Shown here piece by piece: positions 1-12,953 of a DNA stretch of 64,000 nt (position 1 is the first letter of the stretch; every line of letters begins with the position of its first letter). Location of the stretch: positions 11,532,001 through 11,596,000 of the forward strand of contig OZ176051.1 in assembly GCA_964247055.1 (NCBI GenBank), written 5' to 3'. A program made the translations under genes and the position numbers. The DNA comes from Paragordius varius (lineage: Eukaryota; Animalia; Nematomorpha). The notes beneath the pieces are model-generated. The model was not told the DNA's origin. It saw only the letters and a list, made by a program, of their open reading frames with translations, and did not search any database.

Positions 1-1510
1 ATCAATCGATGTGCTAAACAAACAATGCTTAGGCTGCAAAAGATGGGGTTTTAATCAAAATGTACCAAACCACAGGAAAGATCAGTAGTATTGCACACCA
101 ACCACCGAGATAAACGTAAGACTCGAGACGAATTCAGTATGACACCGGGTCGTCCGTATCAATCATCAATCGTTACACCTGAAAAATGGATGACAACAGT
201 CCAAAACCCAAGAAAGTGGTTGACTATGGGGCAAATGGGAATGTTAAATCTTGAAGAATGGTTAGAATGTGTCGCTTGTAAAAAAGGCCTACCTTTAATT
301 TTTGGTTGGTATTTGATTAAGGTATTTAACAATATGCATTGAAATTGTGTTTAAACTCTTTAAATAAAAATTAACTTTTTTGTGAAAAAATAGGTAAAGG
401 GATCCACAGCTAAGTAAGATCCAACCGCTAAAACCATATAAGGAAGAAATAGCATGTTTAGGAAACGCTATTAAACATAGATCCATTAAAGAATACAATG
501 GGGATCTCAGACTTGGGGCGAATTTAAGAAGTTACTATCTTCAGGTATTTGACGTAGCCACAGCCCTCCTGCGAGGTGGTTTTTTTAAGTAGGGTTGCAT
601 AAAACCTTTCCATTTTGGACTTAAAGGACTCCTATTACTAAATCCCAATATATAATGAGAGCCAACACCTTTCAACAAACGCAAACTCATTGAGTACCAA
701 TCAAAGACTCCCTTTCGGGGTATGATCAGAACCCAATATTTATCAACGAGTCATGGATCGATTGATGATCGAGCCCCGCTTCTATAAGATCACGAGTTAC
801 TAACCGGAACAGATTTAGAGCTAAACAAAACTACATCAAGATTTACGAAAATTGCAAATGCGGTTCTTAAATTCGAATAAGTTTAAGCTTTTCCATCTGC
901 AGTCGGTTACTTAGGGTCCTAAAAAACAAATGGTAACTCCAAGTCCAAAATAAAGGTCATAAAAAATTACCTAGGGTCGGTTCACCGAATAGTCTCAAAT
1001 CCTTTTTTAGCATATTTGCTTTTAATCTTATTATTTTATCTCTGCATGAGAAGATAATTCCTTTGACGTTTTTTATGCGGACCCAGAGGTAGGGAATGGG
1101 ATTCGATGCACGAACAATGCTATTATTGGAGAAAAAGCTAATTAAAACACTCAAATTAATGACATTTAACCCAGAATTACCGATATAAGGGTTTGGTTGG
1201 CATATATCACATAACGCCTCAAAAAACAAAACAACCAATAGCTCATGCATCAAAGTGCACTGTAGCGGAAAACAACTATTCTATAATACAGTGAGAAGAC
1301 AAGGCGATACTGATTGCTTTTGAGTTTAAAACAAATATAGGTAATTTGAATTACAGACCATAAGGCACTGAAATTATTTGGAAATCAGCCCAATTTAAAT
1401 AACTTAAACAATACTAAACTAATCTGGATATATAAAGTGTCTGAATTAATCTATATAAAATACAACACAAAAAAGTTATAATTTAGCAGACCCGCTATCT
1501 CGTTCAATTA
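1..1510 (+). mobile_element. Decayed Ty3/Gypsy LTR-retrotransposon pol fragment (protease-RT-RNase H), many stops and frameshifts
   Basis: Motifs appear in Gypsy order on +. Protease RIQYDTGSSVSII (DTG at 141-149); RT LPFGV*SEPNIYQRVMDRL (~708-765) and AVGYLG (~900); LMTFNPELPI (~1157); RNase H ITDHKALKLFG (~1350); NLADPLSR (1480-1503). Possible broken zinc knuckle CLGCKRWG at the window start. No LTR identified. Confidence 0.8.
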
Positions 1511-2218
1511 GAGACAATAATTTAGAAAATCAAGAGGTTGACTAGTCAGAAAATATTATGCTTATCCGTTGCGAAAATATAAAAATGGAAATAATAAGAG
1601 TAGGTATCAAAAATATCAAAACTTTGAGAGTAAAAAGACTTCAATATCAAATGATCGGTCACATGAGGAATCGAAACTCTTTAGATATATTAGAAACTTA
1701 TTATAAAATTTATGTCTGCTTCTAAACTAGAATGATAGGCTATTAATTCAGAAGGTAGAGCAGGCCAATGAACTATTAAACGTAGGTGACATAGGTAATG
1801 GTATGAAGGAAAAGGCAAAAGATGTTATATATTCGGGTCTAAATAAAGGCATAGCGACTCTCAAATTTCGCCTGAATTGCCAACTCAACTGCCTCAATAT
1901 TATCCCAAACCCTACATATCCATAAATCAAAAATTATTTAGAAACAACTACGTTTAGATATTAGTATTTTTGAATCAATCTTTTATTATATTCCGCTTCA
2001 TTAACACTTAATTACATATTCATTTCAGTTCGATTTAAATTTGGGTAGTTGGATATCCCAGGCTTGTTTAAAATTAAATATATAAAAAATTATCGAGTAT
2101 TTAAATACTTGATGTTACTTATTAAGAGGTAAACATAAAGGTTAGCCATATATATATATATATATATATATATGCATAAGATATATATAGAAATAATGCA
2201 AAATATACATTATTTGTT

Positions 2219-3864
2219 AAATTTATTATAAAAATTAAGCTGAAATGCGTACAAATATAAAAAATATATATTTTAATTTTCGACTTTAATAGTAAAGTCT
2301 TTATCGAAAAAATATTAAATGAATTGTAACGTAATAAGATGCCTTATATAGTGTGATATAGGTAATTGATGAAAAAAACCAGTAACATTAAAAATTATTG
2401 TATACTGGAAAAAATCAATTACCTTTACAACATTATAAAAGACATAAATATGATAAGTGTTATGGATGTGTGATAATTATAGTGGAAGACAATATTAGGC
2501 CATCGTCCCCATTAAGTGATGCATTGTTTTTCTTGATTTCTATTGACTCGCGTATGAGACGCTTGTTGTAGTTTTCTATATTTGTAATCACCTTGGTGTC
2601 CGCAATGAAGTGTCCTTCCTTGCAAACATGTTCAGATAAACCTGAGGTGGGTTTATTAAGACGAATTGGGAGTGTTCACGTCAACGGACGTCTATACTTC
2701 TACCACTTTCACCTATATAGACGCTTTCACATGAACATGTGGCCTTGTATATACCAGGTAGTCTGTTCTTGGGTATCGGATCTTTGTATTTGATTAGGTT
2801 GATCAGTTTTGTCATTGGCTTATACACTGTACGGATATTAAATTTATTGAGAATATTACCGATTTTGGTGGTAACATTATTAATGAAAGGTAAGGTGGCT
2901 GTGGATACAAAATTGTCATCTACCTAAACGCTCACTCACACCACCACCCAGCTCAAAAACACTCAATTATTAAAACACTCATCCATAGAGCCTATGACCT
3001 ATGTGACTCAGCATCTCTAACCACAGAATTATCAAATCTCAAACATACGTTCCAACGAAATGGCTACTCCAAACAACTTTTTGATAAAATTCTTCACAAA
3101 ACCTCAAATAAAAAAGATGACAATTTTGTATCCACAGCCACCTTACCTTTCATTAATAATGTTACCACCAAAATCGGTAATATTCTCAATAAATTTAATA
3201 TCCGTACAGTGTATAAGCCAATGACAAAACTGATCAACCTAATCAAATACAAAGATCCGATACCCAAGAACAGACTACCTGGTATATACAAGGCCACATG
3301 TTCATGTGAAAACGTCTATATAGGTGAAAGTGGTAGAAGTATAGACGTCCGTTTACGTGAACACTCCCAATTCGTCTTAATAAACCCACCTCAGGTTTAT
3401 CTGAACATGTTTGCAAGGAAGGACACTTCATTGCGGACACCAAGGTGATTACAAATATAGAAAACTACAACAAGCGTCTCATACGCGAGTCAATAGAAAT
3501 CAAGAAAAACAATGCATCACTTAATGGGGACGATGGCCTAATATTGTCTCCTATTTGGAATTATATATTAATAGAATAACAATATCACTTTAATCAATCC
3601 ACTATAATTATCACACATCCATAACACTTATCATATTTATGTCTTTTATAATGTTGTAAAGGTAATTGATTTTTTCCAGTATACAATAATTTTTAATGTT
3701 ACTGGTTTTTTCATCAATTACCTATATCACACTATATAAGGCATCTTAATACGTTACAATTCATTTAATATTTTTTCGATAAAGACTTTACTATTAAAGT
3801 CGAAAATTAAAATATATACTTTTTATATTTGTACGCATTTCAGCTTAATTTTTTTAATAAATTT
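2219..3864 (+). mobile_element. 5'-truncated Penelope-like element (RT thumb + GIY-YIG endonuclease + 3' UTR) preceded by an inverted copy of its 3' part
   Basis: From ~2921 on +: YLNAHSHHHPAQKHSIIKTLIHRAYDLCDS..ELSNLKHTFQRNGYS..PGIYKATCSCENVYIGESGRSIDVRLREH. After a -1 shift: SGLSEHVCKEGH..KRLIRESIEIKKNN..NGDDGLILSPIW. All are typical PLE motifs. 2219-2921 is the reverse complement of 3115-3864 apart from a ~50-bp deletion and a few SNPs. Confidence 0.92.
3768..3817 (+). ncRNA. Putative minimal type I hammerhead ribozyme with variant core in the PLE 3' UTR (second copy at 2266-2315, minus strand)
   Basis: ATATTTTT-TCGATAA-A-GACTTT(ACTATT)AAAGTC-GAAA-AT-T-A-AAATATAT. Perfect 6-bp stem II followed by GAAA, palindromic AATT stem III, NUH = UUA, and a 7/8-bp stem I. 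The core differs from CUGANGA. Confidence 0.5.
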
Positions 3865-3953
3865 CATAAATATAATGCGTAATTCCCTCAACTTTAATAT
3901 ATATTATTTGTGTTTATATTTATATTAAATGTGATATTAATAAAAAAAGTACA

Positions 3954-4790
3954 CTTATTTTGGCCTTAGAATCAACTAACCATATTTTGCAAAAATAGTG
4001 TAAAAAATGGCGTCAAATTAGTTTGATACGGAACTTTTTGAAAACTAAATTTTATTTAGATAATTTCGCTTTTTCATATAATTATTTTAGAATCATAAAT
4101 TTAAATTTAAACCGCTTCTTTCAGTAGTTTTAGGATATCATTTTGAATATTGTCTGGGGTATTTAGATACCCCAATTCGAATCGCAGTGTTGATGTTATA
4201 TAAATACAAACGTTTGCCATGATTTCAAATTATTCCATATTTTAAAATATTTAATTTTAAAAATGGGGTGTCTAGCTACCGCAACTTAATCAAAGAACTG
4301 AAATAAATGTGTCGTATCCAAGTGTTAAAGTTATTATTTACTAAAATTTTATTTTTTAATTATTTACCGAGCACAAACTGTTGGCAAAAATATGAAATAA
4401 TCAAATTAAATTTTTTAGATTTTCTCGAATTAACATTCCATTACCTTTTGGGAATTTTATCCCAGAGCGATTGAAAATTAAAATATCTTAAAAAGTAATT
4501 AAGCTAATTAGCCGAATTTAAAACTATGCTCTCTTTAGATATTTCTTCGATCAAATTAAGTAATACCCCAGACTAAATTTAAGTTAAGATTTTTAAAAAA
4601 CTACTGAAGGAAACGGTCACAATTTAAATATATGTTTCACTTGATAAAAATTATATAAACATGCCAGATTATCTTCATAAAATTTTGTTTTGAAAAAAAA
4701 GTTCCATGTGAAACTACTTCGACGCCATTTTTATTTTACAAAATTTTTGCAAAATATCGGCTTCATTTGATTCTAAGGGTAAAATTAAAG
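3954..4790. mobile_element. Old non-autonomous DNA element with ~210-bp imperfect terminal inverted repeats (foldback/MITE)
   Basis: 3954-4163 (CCTTAGAATC..ATATTTTGCAAAAAT..AAAATGGCGTC..GGAACTTTTT..TCAGTAGTTTT..GTCTGGGGTATT) matches the reverse complement of 4562-4790. Confidence 0.65.
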
Positions 4791-5639
4791 CTAATTTTTT
4801 ATTTAAATTAGATCTAACATTGATAGAAATAGAAAAAGCGGTTTATTTTGTATTATTTTTAATTTTACCATTTCACACATGTCAGGTTGACGGTATCATT
4901 CGGTTTTGGCTTAAAATATGTAACAGCAAGTAATTTTGAATAAATTTTTTATATATTTCTGTTTATTAATGTTTATAATTGCAAAACTTTGCCATGGTTT
5001 CGATTCCTTCCATATTTTTTTAAAATTCCATTTTAAACAGGCTTGGGGTATCCACCTACCCCAATTTGTATCGAAGCAATGTGGATGTGTTGTATCCAAG
5101 TGTTAGGCGCATTATACAAAAATATTAAAAAATGTAATAAAATTCCCAAACTTTTTTGCCGCCATTTTTTCAATAGCTAATAAAACAGGCAAATAAATTT
5201 ATATTATAATAAAAATGTACATTAACTTTAAGATTTAAAGCTACGTTTAACCAATAACTTATATATACCGATTTTATATCCTCTGGTTTATCATGCTGAA
5301 CTATCCCAATTTTTAACTCTGGAAGTTAATAACTGTAAATAATATTAGGTATTTTAGCTTCATCGTTTTATAATTAAACTTTAACTAAATAATTTTCCTT
5401 CTAGTTTATTTAAGAAATTGAGCTCTATCGTTTAGAACTATCCCAAATCGTAAGCTAGACAAAAAAATTACTGTATTGTTACTATTATATAAATAAATAA
5501 ATTATGAACAAAATTAAAATAAACAAATTTACAATCAAATATTGTAATGAATAGAAATCTCAATTCAGCATTAAAATTTAACTAATCAGTAACTCAAATT
5601 CAAATATATACCTAACAATAAATTGTAATTTTAATTATA

Positions 5640-5762
5640 AAAAATGTTGCTTTTGTTTGAAATGTTGTCATTGATTTAAAAAATGTTGGTTTGATTAACA
5701 AAATGTTGCGTTTGCTTGAAAATGATGTTGCGTTTGCCGGAAAAAATGTCGCGTTAACTGAA
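5640..5762. repeat. Degenerate ~20-bp tandem repeat (AAATGTTGCGTTTGCTTGAA-like, ~6 units)
   Basis: AAATGTTG or a close variant recurs with ~20-bp spacing, 200-320 bp upstream of the MGAT4 ATG. Confidence 0.6.
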
Positions 5763-5961
5763 AAATTAATATTTTTGTTATAAATTGGTAAACCACATCA
5801 TAATCCGAATCCTGATACATATTATGTATTTTATCAAGATATATTTTGTGTTCACTCTCGCGTTCATATTATTTTATTGATTTACAAGTGATGTGATGCA
5901 CATTCATTTCTAAGAGTGCTATATTTAAAATGTAAATTTCTACCCGAGGAAATGATATATA

Positions 5962-8168
5962 ATGAAACCAGTTATATATACTAAATTTTTTTTGATAATT
6001 ATTATAATCACTATTACTTTATTCATATACCTTTATCGCAAAATAAATTATTTTACCAATAGTCTAAATCAACTTAACGAAAAGTATATGAATACTCTCC
6101 CAACCAACTCTCAGTATAATATTGAATTCGTAATACTTTTATATATCTTATCTAATGTTTTTTTATGTATATCTAGCGAAAAAATTGATAATGATTTAGA
6201 TATGTTATCTTCGACTCAAATTCCATACTACATTAATAAAAATAATAATGGTAAACGTTCCAGAGAAGACCTTTTAAGCCATTTATATGTCTCTCCTCCT
6301 AATAATTTTAACAATAGATCGACCCGATTTAAATATAATAATGAATTTTGTGCAATATGTTACCAAATTTTAACATCGTTTTTTCCACACCTTAAAGGTC
6401 AATCCAGTTTAAACCCAATATATCTTTCTCAACATAATTACAGTGCTGTAAAACCATTTTCAAGTAAATATTTATTTAATGAAATGTTGTTGGATGACAT
6501 AAGCAACTTTTGATATTAAAGTTTTAGAAAATACTTACTATCTAAATTTTAATTAATTTTAATAATATATTTTAGCCGTATTAATATAATTAATTAATGT
6601 GTTTAAATAAATTTTCTAACATATTCATAAATTACAGTTTTCTAATAACTCATGCTAAAACATGTGTTACATTAATATTTATTTTAATCTATTAGAATAT
6701 TATCAAACCAAGTATTTTATTTTTTTGGTTTTTGGAAAGTTGAAGTGTAAGTTAAATACCTAGTCTCACGTCAATACATTGATTGATTTTAAAACTATAA
6801 GCTTTATAAACATTATTTGATAATTTTTCCTCAAAATGATTTTGTAAAAGTACTGATTTTTAGAATATGCTATTGGTATACCTAGCGCAGAACGGATTTC
6901 TACCAATTATCTGATCGAAACATTAAGATCCATATTAGTTGGAACTTCTGAAAAACAATTAAACTTAATGACAGTCTATGTTTTACTTACAGGGGTATAT
7001 TTTTCATCCTTTTACTTTTTTTAACCAAATATTAAAAAAATTATTTTTATAGAGACAAAAATATATTATCAATCAATCGCAAGCTATAAATCAAAGGTAT
7101 ATTTTGTTAATTATTTAACATTTTTGTTTTATTGAATTAAGTTTCTTTCTTTTTTTAATTAAAAGTCTATATTTTTATCATACACAATTATTTTAGATTT
7201 GGTCAATATGTTAGGAAAGGATATTTAGTTTTAGCTACGACACCCCTAAATTTTTATCCAAATTGGAATGATGTTAAACCTAGCCTAGGAGATTCTGCCG
7301 ATCGAACTAGGTATGATTCCAAAATAAAATTTATTATCGAAAAATTTCTATGGAGGTGTCAGAAAACAAAAAATAAACCATATCAATACTTAATGTGATT
7401 AAACTTTTTTTGGGAAGACTCATTTTTATAAAAAATGCTAAAAAAGAATGTTAGTCAAAAATGATTTGTGATATATTCGGATAGCACCATTTTGGATCTA
7501 AAATGCAATATTTTATGTAATAATAAAACATAGTTTGCCAGAGTTAGGGTTAAAATGAGATAGGGGGGAACATCAGTGTTTAGAATCCAAATTCACATTG
7601 CACATAATATATTAAAAACTGAGCTGCCAACTGTTTCTTAAATTTTTATCATAAATTATTTATTTATAAATAAAAAGGCTAAATATTTGATAAACAATAA
7701 ATAATAGTACATAAATTAAGGTTTTGATTGACTGAGTTTCGAGATTTATACAGTAAAGCGTTTAAAATCCAAAAATTAGATTCTTTAGGCGATCTCAAAA
7801 ATTTGCATATGGTTTTTTTGAAGCAAACTTTTAAAGAAATTATGTTTAAAATCATCCCGTTACTTTGTGATTAGGCCATTTAGGAGAGAAAGAAAAAATA
7901 TTTTTTCTCAAACATTACAAACTTAACTTATTATATAAAAAATTTTTTACAGCATAAATATTATGGAAATTATACATTAAAAACGTCTTTATATTATTTA
8001 TTCATCTCAAGTACTTAACGGGTAAATCATTTCTATTTAAAAATAAAAAGACTGGTGCATAATACTAACTGTTTTCCCCCATACATGAAATTTTGAAATT
8101 TAAATACTTTTTAGACGCTTCTTTTGAAAACACAGCTTCTTAAAAGTTTTTTTCCTAATTGAACATAC

Positions 8169-8201
<33 letters not shown>

Positions 8202-9271
8202 CAGTCGTATATTTTTGCCCCAAAATATTATTATATTACTTTATGAAACATTATTATGTAATATGTAAATATATGGTCTAGGTGGCGCGTTAAACAAATA
8301 CTCGATTTTGTCTATCTTATGTTGTGGTCCTATAACAAAAGCCAATACTACATACAGGTTATTTTGGAAATTCATTTTTTAGCTAATGCTTTAATAATTA
8401 TTTTAAAGAACTCAAACTTTTAAAACAAATTTTTTCCTAATTAGTTAGAGGATGATCTAGCCGCCAAATATAATTTTATGTTATACATTGAGAAAACGAT
8501 TCAGGAAACTCACAGTAAATGGTGTATCTTAGATTTTTGTTCACTGGGTTTTATTGGTATATCTATTGGGTTTTTTTGTATTTTTACAATTCCCTAAAAT
8601 TTTATTATATATATATATATATATATATAATATTATTTGCAGGAAAATTGTTTCATAGCTCAGAAATTCCTAAATTAACGACTTTCTTTGCCCTGTTTCA
8701 TTTGAGTAAACCCATAGATTGGTTACTCGGAAATTATGTTGAAGTTATGTATTGTACACCTCAACTCACAAAGGTAATGTGACATAACTATAATTTTTGT
8801 TAGTTTTAAACGATGTCCATTTGATATTTATTACAGAAGAAAAATAATTGTATATATATAGTCATGTATCCTTTTTTTATCAAAAATTTATTTTCTTCCG
8901 TAAAATGGGTATAAATATTTGGTAAAGAATGGAAAAAACAAGAGCTTTATGGTAAAACAATATCATATTCATCAAAAAGTATAAGATTTACCATAGAGCT
9001 CTTGTTTTTTCTATTATTTACCAAATATTTATACCCATTTAACGAAAAAAAATAAATTTTTGATAAATACATGATGTATAATATACCTATGATATTTAAA
9101 TTTTTTATATGAATTATTCATACGCTGTGATTAACAATTTTTTATGTTACTGTGTAAACGACAGATAGATTGTGCACAAATAATAAAATCTAAAGTTTTG
9201 CGCTTTACCCCAATGTTTCAGCATTTGGGTCTGGAATCATCGTTAAAAGGAAAGAAACAAGACTTAAAAGT

Positions 9272-9305
<34 letters not shown>

Positions 9306-12300
9306 ATTTACAATTCAAATTCACCCTTGAACAATTCAAATACGCCCTCGAACAATTAAAATTCACCCTAAAAATAAATTACGTGTTTTCGGGATAATAT
9401 AACTCATCATTAATATGAAATATATTTTTACGACATAGTTTTTTATTTTTGGCATTATATTAATTTTAAACAGAATTTTAATCTTAAAAATATCATAAAA
9501 AAGAGATAATTTTTTTAAAAAACACAAATTTATTTTAGAGTGATTTGAATTGTTCAAGGGTGATTTTGATTTGTTCAAGGGTGAATTAGAACTGTAAGTA
9601 TATGTAATCGAAAATGTTTTAGGATAAATATAGTAGCCTCTTTATAATTAGCCCTTATTTTAAATTAACCTGCCTTGGTTATATATTAATTTTTTAACAC
9701 AATTTATAGGAACAATTATAAACCATACCACATGTAAACATGTTTTGGCTTCGCGGGCCTTATTTTTACCCGTAAAATTCGGCGAGTCGCTTTGAAAAAA
9801 TATAACAAACTGATATCAACTATTTATTATACTTTATTCATGGGACTGTAAAAAATTTTACGGCTATATATATATATATCTAATTATTAATAAATATTTA
9901 ATCCGTTTTATACATTTTTAGAAATCAAGGAGTTAAGTTTATTTCATTTAAAAAATTGTTATTTTACGGTTAAAGTAAATAATTTAGGTTTTACGTTTAT
10001 GCTAAGACGATTCTTTTAAAATTTATAATATATTAATTTGATTATTCCAGTTTTGACTCGCTGTAAAAAAAATTTGGGTAAGCTTTAGGGGGGTCACGTG
10101 TTGGACCTCCCCATACTAACTATCAAACAATAAAAAAATAAGTTTCCCCCTTTTTGCTTATACAGGTGTTAGCCTGCATTTTTACTGCCTTTTGTAATTT
10201 AAGTTCTGTCAATTTGCAAGTATCAATAATAAAATTACCATTAATTTAAAATGTAAATTTTACACTTTATATAGTGGTGTACATCATATCTTTTTTGTTA
10301 GGTTTCTTCCTTTGAAACAGAACTATTTTTGGCACCGCATAAGAATCCATCAGCGACCCTTTCTACGACCCTCAAAACATATCTTAGCTATGATATAAAG
10401 CGGTGGTATGATCGAAAAATATTTTTTTGGTCTTTTGAACCCAAACGCGGCGACACCATAATTGTTGAATTCGATAGCGCACAAATCCTTAAACAGTATA
10501 TATTTATGTATTTATATGGATAATATTGGATCAAAATGTATTGTGTATGCCTTGGATATTTTTTTCGTAAGGAATATTCATTAAATTTTAAGGAAAAAAG
10601 AATGTAAAAATACAATTTATTGAAAACAATATACTACTTAAATCCTATTTTTTCTTATCCTGAGACAGTTGATTTTGTCAATCCACAAATAATCCGATTC
10701 CCCACCAACTCCAATTTTATAATTTGCGACAGATTATTTTTTTATGTAAAAATAAAATCTATCCTATATATATACCATTTACAGTTCAAATTCACCCTAA
10801 AAATAAATTATGTGTTTTGGAACTGATATAACTTATCAGTTTATTATTTTTTCGATATTATTTTAATTTAAATTAAATTTACATTTTTTAAAATTATATA
10901 AAAATATAGGTAATTTTTAATCTAAAAAAACATATTTTATATTTGAAGGTGAATTAAAATTGTTCAGGGTTAATGAGAAAGTTTTTAAGATTAAAAAGCG
11001 ATATTACTAAGCATTAAGACCAAAAATATTAAATTAAAATCAAAATATTAATGTATTATATATAGGCTTTCATTTCATTGTTTTCAAAATATTGCCTCAT
11101 ATTTATTTAATTCTTCTATCATTGGAAAAATCGGTTTATTATCTTCCGCACATATAAACTAGGGACATATTGATATTAAAGTTAATTTTTAACAAATAAT
11201 GAAATTTGACATATTCCAAAAATGATAAAAATTATATTTTATTTTTTTGCCCCATCCCTCTAAAGTATCACAATTAAATCGGGTCATGAAGATCATTACA
11301 AGGATCGATTGTACGATACCGCTTTGGAGATTAGATTTGCCGATGATTCACTTATGTCACAAACGCTAAAAAAGTTATTACATGAATACTACTATAGTAA
11401 TAATAAATATAATAAAAATGCCTTCGAGAATAATTCAATCTTTCCGCCGCGAAAATTGAGGGATCAACATACCTCCTTAAGCAGAGAATATGAATTTGCG
11501 GAAAATCTTAAATACATTTCATTAGCACAATATTTATTTGTACCCAATATGCGCAATGATTACTCGAATAACCTTAACCGTAGCCAAAAAGGAACAATTG
11601 ATAAGCAACATAATACTACTTATTATTACCTCCCTACTCAGGATTCTATCAATAAAAATCATTTAACTTCAACTTTATCTACGACGGAGCCAATTACAAA
11701 CACAATTAAATGCCATAGAAAAAGTTGGTTGGGTATCGAACCATCCTTATTTTATACATGCTTGTCTCCTGAAGAATTGTATCTTGCAAGTTATGAATCC
11801 TTGCAGCAAAGTATGTTTTATATTTAACAAACACCCCATAGTTAGATTTGTGAAAAATAATAAAGTATTTCTTTCGGATATTTAAACAGGGTCCTAGTTT
11901 TTGTAGATGAAACCGCATCATACATCTGTTGAGAACTGTTTGATTTTATTTTACCATGGTGTAAAACTAAAATATTTATTTACATTAAAATAGTATTTTT
12001 ATATATATTAAATAATTAAAAAAAATTAATGAATTTTAAATGCAAACATTGTTTATTTTTATATTTTATAAGGTCATGATGCTAATATCTTAAACTATTG
12101 GAACCATTTATAAAACATTGTATATTAAATTATATTATTGGAAATACTATTCATTATTAGATTATATCCCTATTGCTATGGTCAATCAAAATGGCATTTT
12201 TGATGTAAACATAACGGACAGGCTAATAAATTTATTAGGAGTTACGCCAGATCCTATTCCCATATCGAGTATAAGGATACGAATATATGCGAATTCCACT

Positions 12301-12917
12301 TTTTGGGTCTCTATAAGTGAGGTTTGATTTTAAAACAGTTTTTATTTTACCATTGGAACCCGCTCTAAATAAAAGGGATATATATTTTATAATCTTTCGA
12401 ATTTTTGTTAAATGCTCTAATAGCTAAAATAAACCGGAATTAAAATAATATTTTTCACTGGTTTTCTTTTCTACATAAACGGTAATTAATTTATGCAATT
12501 TTTATGTCTTATTATAACGTAGTTTGCGAATAAGTCAACATACTAGGAGTTTTTATATGCAAAAACTTTATTTTCGGGTTGCTTTCGTTATACAGTATTT
12601 AGTCGATTATAAAATATCAATTCTATCACCCTTAAACATTCAAATTCACCCATGAATGTTTTTAATTCACCTTAAAAATAAATTGTCGGGCTAATATAAC
12701 CATTATTAACATGAAATATATATTTATGACATAGTTTATTATTTTATCAGTATTTTAGTTTTAAAAATATTAAAATATAACTAATTTTAATCTTAAAAAA
12801 CATTTAATTTATTGTAGGGTGAATTTGAATTGTAAATGGTATATTTCACTTTGCTGTGTATATGCATTTCTACTCATTCTATATTGCGTTTATATTGATC
12901 GTATAATTAATAAAATT

Positions 12918-12953
<36 letters not shown>

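Noticed and set aside
2593-3443. Duplicate ORFs 2593-2793/3243-3443 and 2739-2927/3094-3297
   Set aside because: Antisense shadows of the Penelope ORF, duplicated by the inverted repeat; not genes.
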